NCBI GenBank assembly: GCA_051453625.1
Contig: JBOZIK010000001.1
Location: forward strand, 16,409,801 to 16,470,334
Length of the DNA stretch: 60,534 nt
Source: Welwitschia mirabilis
Lineage: Eukaryota
Direction of reading: 5' to 3'
This document shows positions 1 to 11,936 of this stretch, one piece after another (position 1 is the first letter of the stretch; every line of letters begins with the position of its first letter). The position numbers and the translations under genes were made by a program. The notes under the pieces are model-generated. The model did no database searches. It saw nothing but the letters and a program-made list of their open reading frames with translations, and was not told the DNA's origin.

Positions 1-1811
1 AAAAAAGGAAAGAAATAAAAAAACATAGAAGAAAGAAAGAAAGCAAAAAAAATGAAGACCATGCTCTTTCATATTATATCTCAAAGCATGGTCCTCATGA
101 TGTCCTATCATAAGTGTATTGGGGCAAATATTCCCAAGAGAAACCTTTGGCAGTGCAATATGGTAGTTGTGAGAACTTCACTAGTGGGTGAGTTGGCCAT
201 GATTTGTGGGTTCTAACTTCTCTGATAGTGGTTTCACTTCCCTCATTATGGTAAAATTGTACTTAGAGGCTATAAGATCAGTGATGTTCCTAGTATCATT
301 AAAGGCATTGCTTGATTTATAAACTTATTTTATTTTACTTCCATATGATTACTTTGCTATTTTATATTTAAGTGTTGTTTTGAGATGATAGCTTATAAGT
401 TCATGTTTTAATAGCTTTTTATAATATCATTTATTGTTTAATAATATTAGACATACCTAACATCCATAATCATTTTCTATTCAAGTGAAACTTTATAAAT
501 TTTTACATTATGTCATGTATTATTATCAAAAGTTTTTATGATTTCTTTCAAGGGACTTTTCTAGTGTAGAATTTTGGATGGGTTAACACTCTTCTTTATG
601 TTCTTAGTTCTCCATTTTCATTATGTTTTTCTTAGTTGTTTTATTTGGAATTTTCAAAGTCATTTCTATATATTTTTCCACATAATAATTAGACTTGATC
701 ATTTGGTAGTTTTATAGTTAGATTTTTATTTTTACTCATATTTTTTATTGATAAGGGTTTTTTTTTCCTTTAAGTTCTTTAATTTGATGCCTTCCTTTTT
801 CTTTAATTGATGTGTTCCTTTATTTTTATGCTAATGTTTTTTCATTTCTTTTGATTTTAGTTTTGCATAAATCCACTTACAAAAATCTTGAATACTCATT
901 GGTCTTGGGACATATTTGAGGAGTTCTTCTAAGCATTGCTTCCTTTGACTTAATGCATTATTATGGTATCATAAGTCTCTTTCCAAATAGTCATGTTTCT
1001 CAGGATCGTTCTTCTTTTTTCTTTTCTTTTCTTTTCTTCTTTTTCTTTTTTTTTGACTTTTTTCTATCTTTCTACTACTTTTCAATTGCTTACTTACCTT
1101 CAAAACATTTTTGGATTTTTTTCTAATCTATTCAAACATCTTATTTGATTACTATGATTCCATGTTTATCATCCCTACAATAGCTAGGATAACAGTCATC
1201 CTTTTTACTCTATGCAATCTAGGATATCTTGCTTCATCTATAGGGGGCACGACATTTTTCTAAGCTTTCTTCTACAATATTAAGCAAAAATATATGAATT
1301 TAAATTTAAAATAATTATTTTAAAGTTTCATGACACATATTTATAATGAGTTGTTTGGATATGATTTCATGTTAGTTAAATAAATCTCATGAACTTTATT
1401 TACTAAGAGCATAGTAGCACACTCACAGAGTTTTTTTTGCAGGTATGATTTAAATCAATGATAAATGTTATACTTACTCTTGTACCTTGATCCTCATAGA
1501 AAACATTAATGAACTTTTCATGCATCATTTATTGAGTTTATTACTACTTAAGTTTTACATCACTTTCTTACATTATGCATATACATTATCATTTTTAAGA
1601 TATCATTATTACATTTTATTATTTTTATATGTGTATGACATTCATTTAGTCTCTATTGATATGTTTAAGTATGTAGCTTATAAATATATCAGTGGTTGTA
1701 TCAATTAATGGATTTTTGATGTCTATTCTCATGATAAAATTTAACTTAAATTCCATCTTTCTAGTTATTAATTATCTCAGTTACGAACTCACAAGGCTAA
1801 GTAAGGGGCTA
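1..1811 (+). mobile_element. 3' non-coding internal region of an Athila-like Ty3/gypsy element, truncated by the window start
   Basis: About 50-600 aligns by eye with 52810-53350 of the 48096-55728 element (shared CATGATGTCCTATCA and GTTTTGAGATGATAG blocks). It ends in a purine-rich PPT-like AAGGCTAAGTAAGGGGCTA just before the LTR, compared with AAGGCTAAGTGGGAGGCTA before 54037. Confidence 0.75.
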
Positions 1812-3154
1812 TGTTATGATGTCAATTTGTAAGAATTTGATGGTGTATTTGAAGTACTTTTTCAAGACATTTATACTGGTTTGGATGCAATTCTAATGAT
1901 TATGAAGAGTTAATGATATGATCACAGAAACACACAATTCTTAGCATAATTATAGGCATTTCAGGCATGCTCTAGTACTTAGTATGTTAAAGGATGATTA
2001 ATAATGATGAAGGCTAATTTGCTTTACTTAAGGAGATTTGGAAGGCTATCATCCCCACTATTATCCCCATAATAGATAGGATTACAATAGTGTATTAGCC
2101 CATTATAATAATAATGTGGAATGGAGCTTAGAGCTAATGAATAACCTTTTTTGAGGAGGCATTATTCCCATTGTTATCCCCATGACATAAGGGATGACAA
2201 CACATTTAGAGCCAACTATAAGGCTAGTTGCAAAATTTAAAGCTAATGATTTATTTGTTATTAAGAGGCATCATCCCTAGTGTCATCCCCATGATAATCA
2301 GGATGATAACTATTTTGTATAAGCTAAACTGAATTATCTTGTAATGGGGTTATGCACCCCACTTAGGCTATTAGGATTTCTTCTTTGACTTCTAGGGTTA
2401 TAGTTCTAAACCTTTTAATGAAAAACTATAAATACCTTCCTTGTCCTTACTTCCAATTTATCTTTTATAGTTAGTGCTCTTGTAATGGAAGATTGAAGGA
2501 TAAGAAACCCATCCAATAGCTATAGAGAGGAGTTCCCTTGGTGTTATCCTAACTCTCTTCCATTGAGATGTTGCTACCTTGTTATAAGTGGATATAAAGT
2601 TCTTTAAATCAATACAATTACTCTTTTCAATTTGATTCTATTATGTCCCTTAAGGTTTAAGTTGGTTATAGTTTAAATGATGATTCTATAATTTATTTAA
2701 ATCATAAGGCCAACCTTTATCAAGTTTGACATTAATTAGTTTAGATTTCCATTTTCATTCCACATTGTATTTGATATTCTATTTGGTATATCTCATAGTG
2801 CATGTTGATTACAAATAAGTTAAGTACTCTTCTTAATTAATTTAAATTATAGAGAAGCTAGTTCTTGTAATAGGAGGATTAGGATCCAATAGAATTCATT
2901 CCATTTCCATTTTCATTTCATCTTCATTTATTTACATTACATTGTACTTTATTATTTGCTTTTAATTGTTAAAAGATAAAAAGACCAAAAACACCTTTGA
3001 AAATCAATTATCTAACTCTAATCTTAGTGCCTTCATTTGGATTATGACATTCAGGTGAACTCCCATCTATACTAGTATGTATTTTTTCTACAAGTAATTT
3101 GATTTATGGGTTTATCTAAAGGACTTTAGAATTGCATAAATTCACACTACAATA
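1812..3154 (+). repeat. 3' LTR of an Athila-like element (about 1.34 kb)
   Basis: Starts TGTTATGATGTCAATTTG and ends CACACTACAATA (decayed ...ACAACA). It is homologous to the reverse complement of 58091-59464 at both termini and has a TATA-like CTATAAATA near 2427. Confidence 0.85.
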
Positions 3155-3249
3155 GGACCATTACAAAAATAAAAATAAAAATAAAGAAAAAAACTAAAAG
3201 GGATATAGAAATGTAAATGTTATTTGTTTCCACAATAGCTACCACATCA

Positions 3250-3430
3250 CTATCCTTAGGATGGTATCAAAATGTTATTCATCATGAAATTTGACTACAC
3301 TTATATTTCTTATTAATCTGTGATTAATAATAAGATCACCTTATGGATACAAATCTTATGTAGCCAAAACCAACTTTAACCATTAATATTAGAACTTCCA
3401 TTTGTAGTATAATTCTAGTGTTATTCTTTC
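3250..3430 (-). pseudogene. Decayed CACTA (En/Spm) transposase fragment, Transposase_21-like
   Basis: Minus-strand translation gives WLKLVLAT*DLYP*GDL and, after a frameshift, V*SNFMMNNILIPS. These resemble the CACTA motifs NVRLGLATDGFNPFG and NFMMSLLIPGP. Confidence 0.45.
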
Positions 3431-4170
3431 ATCAAAATAAAATGTCATTAGCTATCAATAAAAAGGCATAATAGTAATGAGTATAAGAAATTGAAAATGT
3501 ATAAAATATCTAAAAATAAACATAGGATCAATAATAGTATAATGACTTTAGGAAAATCATAATTTATATAAGTAAATTAATGTAGTATTTACTTTAGCTT
3601 AAGAATAATAGAATAATTTCATTCATCATAGACATAATAATCATAAAGTTCTAGCTCAATAACAATAACATAATCACATCCATTCTAAAAATAAGGGTGA
3701 TATCTCTAAGTAACCTAGACTTTATAGCAAAAATATTATAATCATGAAAAGTATGAGTCTTCCAAGATGCATCAAATAATAATTCAAGTTATGAAAACTA
3801 AAATAGAAAGGACAGTTACCAAGAGATATTAAAGTAATAACATGTATTAGCCAATATTAAGTACAAAAAGTATGAAATCCATTATAACTTAATATTAAAG
3901 TAATTCACTAAAAAAAGAAAATTTAATACATTATTATCAAAAAGGTAAAAGCATATAATCCATGAAAAGGACTTATACTAATCCGTAAATCATCATGCTA
4001 ACTTGAAATCTAGTCCTTCTCTAATGAGAGGATTTAAAATTACATACAACTAAAGCTCTAATATCTTATGTAAAATATGATAATGATAAAATGCATTTAA
4101 GTGTAGTAAAGCAGGGCATTGATAGGTCAAAATTAAGATTTCTAATTATAGTTTCTAAGGCCTAACAAGA

Positions 4171-5783
4171 TTAGGGTCAATTAAGCTCATAGGGAAGGCA
4201 TGAATGTGTTCCATAAAATAAAAGTCAAAATAATAACAAAATAAAAATGTATAATAGTAATATATCTTACCAAAGTAATATGGTTCCCTAACCTAGATAT
4301 GTCTACACATAAAGGGTAGCTTCTACTCACACCTCTGGATATTCCTTACCTATAATAAATAGTAATTTCCAGGTGCATCGTCAACTTTAAAACAAATAAG
4401 AGATTTCTCATAAGGTAACACTCTCTTCCCCTTAAGAAAAAAATGGTTTTCATAGAAGAACCACAAACATTTATACTAACAAGAGTCTCCTTTCAATGAA
4501 ATGTTCTCTCCTTTGTAATTAATTAATGTTTTTATAGCTTAACAATGATCTTACATCAAATCAAAGTCTCCTCACAAGACAACACTCTCTCCCTCTCAAG
4601 GAAATAGTGGTTTTCATAGGAGTATCATGAACCTTTACAATGATGAAATTCTTCTCATAAGGTGATATTCTCTTATTCATAATGAAATAATGGTATTCTT
4701 ACTCATTGATAACTTTACATCAAGTAAATATATAAAAGAACTATATCAAATGCACACACCTAGTTGGATTACCTTACAAGATATTTTATATTCAAGAAAT
4801 TAGACTTTATAATAATATGTAATAATAAGATAATTCAAAATATAAATCAAAATACAATGCAATAATAAGCTTGAAGATATTTCTTTAATAAAGATTTTAT
4901 ATCCTTAGTCTAAATGAAAAATGCAATAATGTAGATCTAAGATCAAATGATGAAAGTAATACAAGCTTTTAGCTAATGAATACTTTGATTTCTTCATGAG
5001 AAGTGTATTTTATTCATGTATTTAAAGATCTATATAATTGTTTGATTTAATGAAGTGCTAAAAAGATTCTTCCTTATTTCATGACATTAAGGCTTTATAT
5101 GATTAAAGAAGATGTAGTTGTTTTATCTTGAAAGGTAGTCATTTAATTTTGTAAGTTTCATGTAATGGATAATTAATATCTATGATTTGGATGCATTACT
5201 TTGATTTTAATTGACATGAACTTTAGTCTAAGACATCTTTAATTTATAGACATCTCCACTCTAGATATCTCCACTTTTGTAGATGTCTTCAGTCAACTTG
5301 CCCATATTTTGATGAAATTTGCATTGTAGTAACCTTGGGAATTCATGATCATGAATCCACAATGTACAAGTTCATAGCTCATCTTAAATATAAGATATTA
5401 GTTAAAAATCAAAGTTACTTTGTTACTTTTTTCAACTCATATAAATGTCTTTAAACATTTATATGTCTTTAGTATTATTATATTCAGCTTTTAGCTTAGT
5501 CTTCTTGAATACAATAGTCATTTTTTAGCTTGTTACTTATTTTCTAGTACATGTAAGAAGTATTTAGATTTTTAGATTTCTTTACTTAAGATGTCTTTAA
5601 TTTTCTAGATCTTTTTAAATATTTGATTTTATTGTTTAGTATTTAATCCTTTGGTGTGATGTTATCTTTGAAGATCCATCATGATCTAGTACCTATCAAG
5701 TTTTGATGTACCTATAATGACCTATTTACACCATGACACAAAATGTTTGATAAGCAAAATCATTAAAACTAGATTTAATAGGA
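4171..5783 (-). repeat. 3' LTR of the SIRE element
   Basis: Colinear direct repeat of 11937-13544 (e.g. ATGGTTCCCTAACCT, AAGATCCATCATGATCTAG, AAAACTAGATTTA) with many transition differences. Confidence 0.9.
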
Positions 5784-5797
5784 ATCTCCCCCTTTTT
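5784..5797 (-). other. Polypurine tract (PPT) of the SIRE element
   Basis: ATCTCCCCCTTTTT on + reads AAAAAGGGGGAGAT on minus, directly adjacent to the LTR. This is the typical Sirevirus PPT. Confidence 0.85.
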
Positions 5798-5922
5798 GAT
5801 GATGTCTAAAAACTTGGCAAATCTCATTAGTAAATTCTTAACTATTTAACTAATATTAGACATTTTATTCTAGAAGAATGCACATAATTACTAGTTGTAA
5901 TAATCACTTAAAATTAAAAATA

Positions 5923-5923
<1 letters not shown>

Positions 5924-5988
<65 letters not shown>
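5924..5988. repeat. (CA)n microsatellite, about 32 units
   Basis: Perfect CA run seen directly. Confidence 0.98.
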
Positions 5989-5990
<2 letters not shown>

Positions 5991-6637
5991 CTTGAAGAAC
6001 CAAAATAAGACATATTTAAGAATATTTTATGAAATTTGAAAAATATGCAAGAATAGATGATAAATTATTATATTTGTCATTCAAATGTATGTGAAAAAAG
6101 TGAAGCATAAAAAAGTAATAATCTCTCAATTGAAATATACTAATGATAATGTGCCATATTTTGAAGCATAAAATTGAATTTTGTACCAATACTATATTAT
6201 AAATAATGTGCTTATAGAAATGATAATTAATAAATATCAGAGCAAGTAAAAAATGTATTAACATTATGTGAAATCATATTAATCACCAAATAGCCAAGGT
6301 TCCAAAGATGTGCCAACAAAAGCATATGAAAGCATAATATGAAGAAAGAAAAATGTGCCAAATATAAGACATGGATTAATAAGATAAAATAATAGAAAAT
6401 GTAAAATAACCTAAATGTCTATCAAAACATCAAGGAAGGACCATCAATAGAGGCGATGATACTTATGAATCCAATCCAAAATATCATAGTCCATAACTCT
6501 AATCTAAACAGAGTGTCCTCAACCTAAAGGCTATAATTTCCAACTAATCAGTCCAACTAATCTACCAATGATTGGCTATATACTTCTCCCCATTTTTAGA
6601 AATCAAAAAAGGCTCTAATCACTAAGAGCTAAATCAC

Positions 6638-9249
6638 TCATGTATTACCCATCTTAGCTTTCTTCATCGCTATTACCACTGTCATAAGTGGTGGAGGTTT
6701 GTTGGATATATGATAATGAGGAAGTGGAAGGTGGAGTGTACCTCTTCCTAGAGGGATATTATGAGATCTCACTTGGATCCTCAAATGCCTATCTCTTTTC
6801 ATGTTAATACATTTGAAAAGTGCTAGAAGTCTCAAAGAAACTGACAGTGGTAGTCTCTATAAAATATGGTGGTAATTGTAGGAATGAGANNNNNNNNNNN
6901 NNNNNNNNNNNNNNNNNNNNNNNNNNNNNNNNNNNNNNNNNNNNNNNNNNNNNNNNNNNNNNNNNNNNNNNNNNNNNNNNNNNNNNNNNNNNNNNNNNNN
7001 NNNNNNNNNNNNNNNNNNNNNNNNNNNNNNNNNNNNNNNNNNNNNNNNNNNNNNNNNNNNNNNNNNNNNNNNNNNNNNNNNNNNNNNNNNNNNNNNNNNN
7101 NNNNNNNNNNNNNNNNNNNNNNNNNNNNNNNNNNNNNNNNNNNNNNNNNNNNNNNNNNNNNNNNNNNNNNNNNNNNNNNNNNNNNNNNNNNNNNNNNNNN
7201 NNNNNNNNNNNNNNNNNNNNNNNNNNNNNNNNNNNNNNNNNNNNNNNNNNNNNNNNNNNNNNNNNNNNNNNNNNNNNNNNNNNNNNNNNNNNNNNNNNNN
7301 NNNNNNNNNNNNNNNNNNNNNNNNNNNNNNNNNNNNNNNNNNNNNNNNNNNNNNNNNNNNNNNNNNNNNNNNNNNNNNNNNNNNNNNNNNNNNNNNNNNN
7401 NNNNNNNNNNNNNNNNNNNNNNNNNNNNNNNNNNNNNNNNNNNNNNNNNNNNNNNNNNNNNNNNNNNNNNNNNNNNNNNNNNNNNNNNNNNNNNNNNNNN
7501 NNNNNNNNNNNNNNNNNNNNNNNNNNNNNNNNNNNNNNNNNNNNNNNNNNNNNNNNNNNNNNNNNNNNNNNNNNNNNNNNNNNNNNNNNNNNNNNNNNNN
7601 NNNNNNNNNNNNNNNNNNNNNNNNNNNNNNNNNNNNNNNNNNNNNNNNNNNNNNNNNNNNNNNNNNNNNNNNNNNNNNNNNNNNNNNNNNNNNNNNNNNN
7701 NNNNNNNNNNNNNNNNNNNNNNNNNNNNNNNNNNNNNNNNACAGTGGTAGTCTCTATCAAATATGGTGGTAATTGTAGGAATGAGAGTTGTTTGACCTGA
7801 ATATGTTTTATGTGAGAAGGTAATGGTGACAGTGGACATGCTAGAGGTGATGAAGGTGTATTTCATGATGAAGAGAGTCTAGGTAGTAATGGTAGCTATG
7901 TAAGATGGAAAAATATAATCTTGTGATAAGGATGATGAAAGATAAAAGGTAGTGCATCTAAGATCTTATACTCTATCTCCTACTATGCCAACCTCTACTA
8001 TGAAGGATCTTAAACATGTTGCTTTCCCTACACATGTACCTCTATGGAAGTCTAATATTTTCCCTATGTCTATGCCTCATTCCTAGAAGACTTTGCTAAA
8101 CATTTGATAATTACTACTTTGCCTAACTTATAACTTATACCAAATGGAGCTAAAAAACTCACTTCCTCTTCTTCTAACTCTTTCTTTAAGTCTAACCATA
8201 TGGGAGCCCTCATGGATCCCCAACTCTCTCCTGGTATCTCTCCTTTACTTGTGGTGAATCTATGTTTTATTATGCTCAAAACATTTCCTTTAATTTTGCT
8301 ATCCACTTTTGTAATTGTTTTGAATCCCTTTTTCACTAAAGAAGAGCTATGAGTAGTAGTGAAAAATGATCTATAAATCTATGGTGTTCTCCTAGTAGTG
8401 CCCCTACCTAGTATCACTAGTGCTCTTCATTTTTTACTAAATTCTACTAATGGTTTCTTTTGATTGATGAATTAACCTGTGACACTGAAAAATCTGCACT
8501 GCTAATGATTAGGCTAATAAGATAAGGATAGCATAATGTTTATCCCTTACAAAATAGTAAAATGATATATATATATATAGAATAAAACCCAAATATATTT
8601 TAAAACTAATGAGTAAATAGTATACAATGAAAGTCTGCATGGGTTTGTAATAATTGTAGCTGACTCCTCTAACTAAAATGTTATAGAATGTTATCAATCT
8701 AAGAATTGAGGCATCTAGTGTCATATCATTTCTTGTAATATCTTAAACAAAGTTCATTCTACTATGCCCAAATAAAAAATTTCTTAATTAATGCCAAGAT
8801 ACATTAACAACTCTAGAACTAAATATTTCTTTAAATGAATAACTGTAAAACTATTAAACATTTAGATCATCTATGCTAAGCAATGATTAATAAAACTCAG
8901 AATAATATGTAAATTTGTGCCTCTAAACTAAGTTTGAAATGCATCTATACTAGCATCAACTTCATGTATATTCACATAAAACTCTCTTATCATTGGATCA
9001 CAAATAGACTGAGTAAATCATACTATCATTTTTTAACCAAGATGAGTTAAGTAACTCATGAGCTAGTCTCTATGCCTCTATGCCTTTTCTGAAATCCAAA
9101 GATTCTTTCTACAATAATTAATTTTGTGAATCAAGTTCTAAATTTTTTTCTGCTACCTCATGATGGTACTATGGTTCATATTATGATCTTGCTTTTTTTG
9201 AGGCTTGTTCCTTATCCCTAGAGGTTTCTTCCACCTTTCTTCTTATCAT
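6638..9249 (-). pseudogene. Degenerate env-like / extra ORF of the SIRE element
   Basis: Starts MIRRKVEETSRDKEQASKKA at 9249 and includes CDPMIREFYVNIHE, the 'VREFY.N' motif typical of plant retroelement extra ORFs. It has many stops and frameshifts and is interrupted by the gap at 6890-7740. Confidence 0.65.
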
Positions 9250-10159
9250 TTTTACAAAATAGAATGAGAAACTAATAAAAGAATAGTTGAAATATAAGAA
9301 AATATAAAAAATTGAACATGTTTTAAGAGAAAATGCTATTCTTACCTACTATTAAGATGTATCATAAAACCAATATTTCTAGCTAGAGAAATCTGAAAAA
9401 ATGTAGCCTAGAAATTGACTCCAAAAAGATACATGTTGAGTGGGGACTTGAAAATAATATTTAATAGTCCGTTTTGCTATTAAAATAGGTTAAAACCCAA
9501 GCTTTTGATGCATGTTTATTTTTGTAATGGTTAAGACAATATTTCTACAAAATCTAAGACATTTAAAACATAAAAACTAGACATCTACAAATTCAAAGTC
9601 ATCTACTGCTAAGAAATTTCTAATACATTTTTCTATTATCAAGACATCTACAAAAATAAAGATGTTTAATTCAAAAATTTAAAATAATGTAATTGCCTTT
9701 TAAAGACATCTATAAAAGTTAAGACATCTAATTCCAAGTCATCTACAAATTTTAAGATGTCTTTATCATAAGAATCTACAAAACTAAAGATGTCTATAAT
9801 AAAGTATTCAGATTTTTTAAAAAGAATCTGTGAATATTATAACCATAAAAATAACATTTTGATAAGCTAAAATCACACACATAAATTTACTTTAACTACA
9901 TAAACTACATCTAATCATAATCTTAACTCATAAGATAGATGCAATGGATTTAAGGTGTTAATGATGTTACCTGATTTACTTACCTAATTAGGTAATGCTC
10001 AATCTTTAAGTTTTTGCATAAATTAGTATATCATTTAGTGCATTAATATTTTCTAATCTTATTTCCAAATAGATTATTATTGCATTAAGTTGTAACATCA
10101 TTGTTATGCCTTAAGTACTTGTTAGCAATATCCTAAGTATGCTTCTTCTCGGTCCTAAG

Positions 10160-11883
10160 ATATGATTTCTCTTTTGGTATCCAAAATTTCCTTAGTTGCA
10201 GAAAACTATGTATCAATCTACAATGCCTCTTGGCATTATTAATGTAATACATATCTTCAAATTTTACTAGACAACTATACTAATAGTAACCTCTATTTTG
10301 ACAATTGTGGCAAATGATGTTTTTTATGTATATCAAATGCTTATACCTTGGTTTGTAATTCTAGTTTTCAAATAGAAGGGCTAAAGTACTAGTTGTCTCT
10401 TAATTGTGTTTCAAGACACTCTTGTCATTTGGATTTTTTCTTTGTCCCATCATGATTTTAAAAATTTTTTTCCTTGTGTAAATCTTTTAATGATTTTCTT
10501 TAAGTTTGAAATCTCCCATCTTGTATTCTCCAATTTATAAATTAGACCACCAACCTTAGCTTTAAATGATAAGTTTTTAGAGGATAAAATTTTACAAGCA
10601 TATTTTTCTTATTCTAATGCTTCTTAATGAGTATGAAGTAGCTTTTTCATTTTGGTACATAATTTTTATAAACTAATAAATTCTTTTAAAATTGCATTAT
10701 ACTTTTCTTTAAGTCTCATGTCTAAATTGTCTTCATTATTTGAATTATACTTATCTTTAGTTTCATCATCTTCTTCTTAAATATGTGCAATTATCATGTA
10801 TGATGGAAGTGATTTCTTATTATTGAATGATTCTTCTTTTGTTTCTTCTTCATCATCATCCCATCTTATAAATAATGTTTTCTTTTTCTTAGATCTTTCT
10901 TTTATTCTTTTTCTTATAAATTATTAATACTAGGACACTTTGAGGCTATATGACCTTGGCTTCCACATATTTAACATTCTATTTTTGAAATATTAGAAAA
11001 AGAAACATTGTTTAAAAACTTACCTTTAGCTAAAAAACTAAATGATTTTTTGGAGTTTTTCCTCTTGTTGTATTTTTGTGTTAGACGTCTTTTGACCCTT
11101 TTTGTAATGAAATCATGTTTTTGATTTTCATCATCAGAGTTATATTCTTTTTGGTCTTCTTTTATCTTTTCTTTTGATCTTTGATTTATGCTTTGGATTT
11201 CCTTAAGTGCAATGGATTTTTATTTCAAAGCTCCATCTTGAATGAAATTCATTTTTGTATGTTGTAAGAGTACTTTGTAGCTCATTTATCTTCATTGTAT
11301 TGAAGTCTCTAAATTATTTTAGAGCTATGGTCTTTGGCTGATAACTAGGGGTTAGCAATCTAACAATGTTTTGAATTACCTTTGATTTTGAAAGATATTT
11401 TTTAATGCCACATATTACATTTACAACATTTGAAACTCTAGTAGAGTACTCATGAGTCCCTTCCTCATGGTTTATTTTAACATTCTCGAATTGATTTGTC
11501 CAAACTAGAAGCTTAGATTATTTCATCATAGATGTGCCTTTATATGTTCTAACTATAAAATTCCAAATTTTTTGTGTCTTCTTGCAACCTATAATTTTAT
11601 TAAACCCTTTTATAGATGAAGTAAAATAAAGTGCATTCTTAGCTCTAGAGTCATACATGGAGGTAGTTTTTTCTTCGTCTATTTAGTTTTTCCTTTTCTT
11701 CATCAAAGTAATACCATTGCTTACAATGTTTGTAACATTCTCCATGGGATATGAGTATCCTTATTTTAGGCTCTGTCATACTTGAAACCCAAAATACTAC
11801 AAGTACACCTACATCCTTACCTTCTAAGAGGCATAGTTTATCCCATCAAAGAGCAGAGGTCTAATGGATGGTACCCCTTCCAT
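10160..11883 (-). pseudogene. gag: Degenerate copia gag with zinc knuckles
   Basis: MEGVPSIRPLLFDGINYAS*KVRM matches the copia gag RPPLFDG.NY..WK.RM motif. A CCHC knuckle C*ICGSQGHIASKCP lies near 10930-10980, a second knuckle near 10270-10320, and it ends near the SIRE-like KFWIPK. Confidence 0.85.
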
Positions 11884-11922
11884 TGTTCACTAAATAAAAG
11901 TTACTTCTTTTCATGAGTGCCT

Positions 11923-11934
11923 GCTCTAATACCA
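11923..11934 (-). other. Primer-binding site (tRNA-iMet) of the SIRE element
   Basis: Minus strand reads TGGTATTAGAGC (canonical TGGTATCAGAGC with one C->T), 2 nt from the LTR end. Confidence 0.85.
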
Positions 11935-11936
11935 CT

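Noticed and set aside
6804..7866. Long ORFs in the track spanning N runs (also 19032-19788, 54600-55346, 56808-57128)
   Set aside because: Their length is an artefact of translating N gaps.
9550..9800. Regularly spaced short repeats superficially like a CRISPR array
   Set aside because: The repeats are only about 8 bp, irregularly spaced, inside a plant retrotransposon, and there are no cas genes.
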